The translations under genes were made by a program, and so were the position numbers. Below, one piece after another: positions 63,691 through 64,000 of a stretch of DNA of 64,000 bases (positions are counted from its first letter, which is position 1; each line of letters opens with the position of its first letter). Below the pieces are notes generated by a model. The model was not told the DNA's origin. It worked only from the letters and a program-made list of their open reading frames with translations, and did no database searches. The stretch comes from an uncultured Planctomycetales bacterium (GTDB taxonomy: Bacteria; Omnitrophota; Gorgyraeia; Zapsychrales; JANLHA01). The stretch lies in assembly GCA_964489065.1 (NCBI GenBank), contig CAZAXH010000004.1:150304-214303 (forward strand). Direction: 5' to 3'.

Positions 63691-64000
63691 AATAATCCTT
63701 CTCTTTCCAGCATATAGTTGACTCAAAACAAATTCTGGTATTTTGTAATTACTTACATGCCTTCCAGGGTACAAATGTTTTTCTAGGGCGCTGAGTTTCT
63801 CTCTGCCTCCGGCCAACTGGGGATGCTTTTCATTTCCCTCGCTTTGGCTACCGACCCTCTATAGGTGTTTGGTGCAAACGGGTCTTCTCTGACCCAAGTC
63901 ACCTGCTTGTGAATTAAAGTCAAAACAAATCCGATGAACAACTCTTCTTTATAAATTTCAAAGATCTTTAAAAATCTTCACCGGGCAACTTTTTTATCTT

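Overview
This is a 64 kb window of a GC-rich (about 55-60%) bacterial chromosome. It is densely coded, mostly on the minus strand, with an AT-rich (about 30% GC) tail from about 62.0 kb to the window end. Recognisable content, left to right:

- mnmG, whose C-terminal end runs off the window edge, then a LacI regulator and a coiled-coil membrane protein.
- A minus-strand glycan-utilisation locus: GH94 phosphorylase, sugar ABC transporter (binding protein plus two permeases), a secreted clan GH-A hydrolase fused to a Trp-rich repeat domain, a tandem-repeat protein built from the same domain, and a lipoprotein.
- A polyprenyl synthase, hemW, an AT-rich intergenic island encoding a 31-aa all-Lys/Ala peptide, a YfhO-like membrane protein, an SLC12/APC-type transporter, TerB, pgi and mnmA.
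- A translationally coupled biotin operon birA-bioF-bioH-bioC-bioD::bioA with a BirA box upstream. Other junctions in the window (GT-C/GT-C, rlmN/GT-C, GT-C/GT2) are likewise joined by ATGA or TAATG overlaps.
- tRNA-Ala(GGC) and tRNA-Leu(CAA) flanking a small membrane ORF.
- The most unusual block (34.1-47.0 kb): a 2073-aa secreted protein fusing an unknown N-terminal domain, a GH77 4-alpha-glucanotransferase and an archaeal-type amylo-1,6-glucosidase (GDE) module. It is followed by two tandem paralogous GT-C-type membrane glycosyltransferases and a secreted helical-repeat protein, and faces convergently a GT2 polyprenyl-phosphate glycosyltransferase, a TPR-bearing GT-C (TMTC/PMT-like) and rlmN. 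I read this as a candidate lipid-linked periplasmic glycosylation or alpha-glucan remodelling system.
- accA, an L,D-transpeptidase, a DUF212 gene and a Cys-rich hypothetical, the last two each preceded by one copy of a 140-150 bp duplicated promoter cassette; comM.
- A sensory cluster: PAS/REC hybrid kinase, PAS plus zinc-ribbon protein, hemerythrin and a DUF21-CBS protein.
- An AT-rich putative island of lipoproteins and a bPH/zinc-ribbon protein.

A second roughly 140 bp repeat family (two copies) carries a hairpin with compensatory base changes. No CRISPR array, integrase or transposase was seen. The ORF track prints M for TTG/GTG starts; I moved several starts to downstream ATG or GTG codons that have Shine-Dalgarno support.
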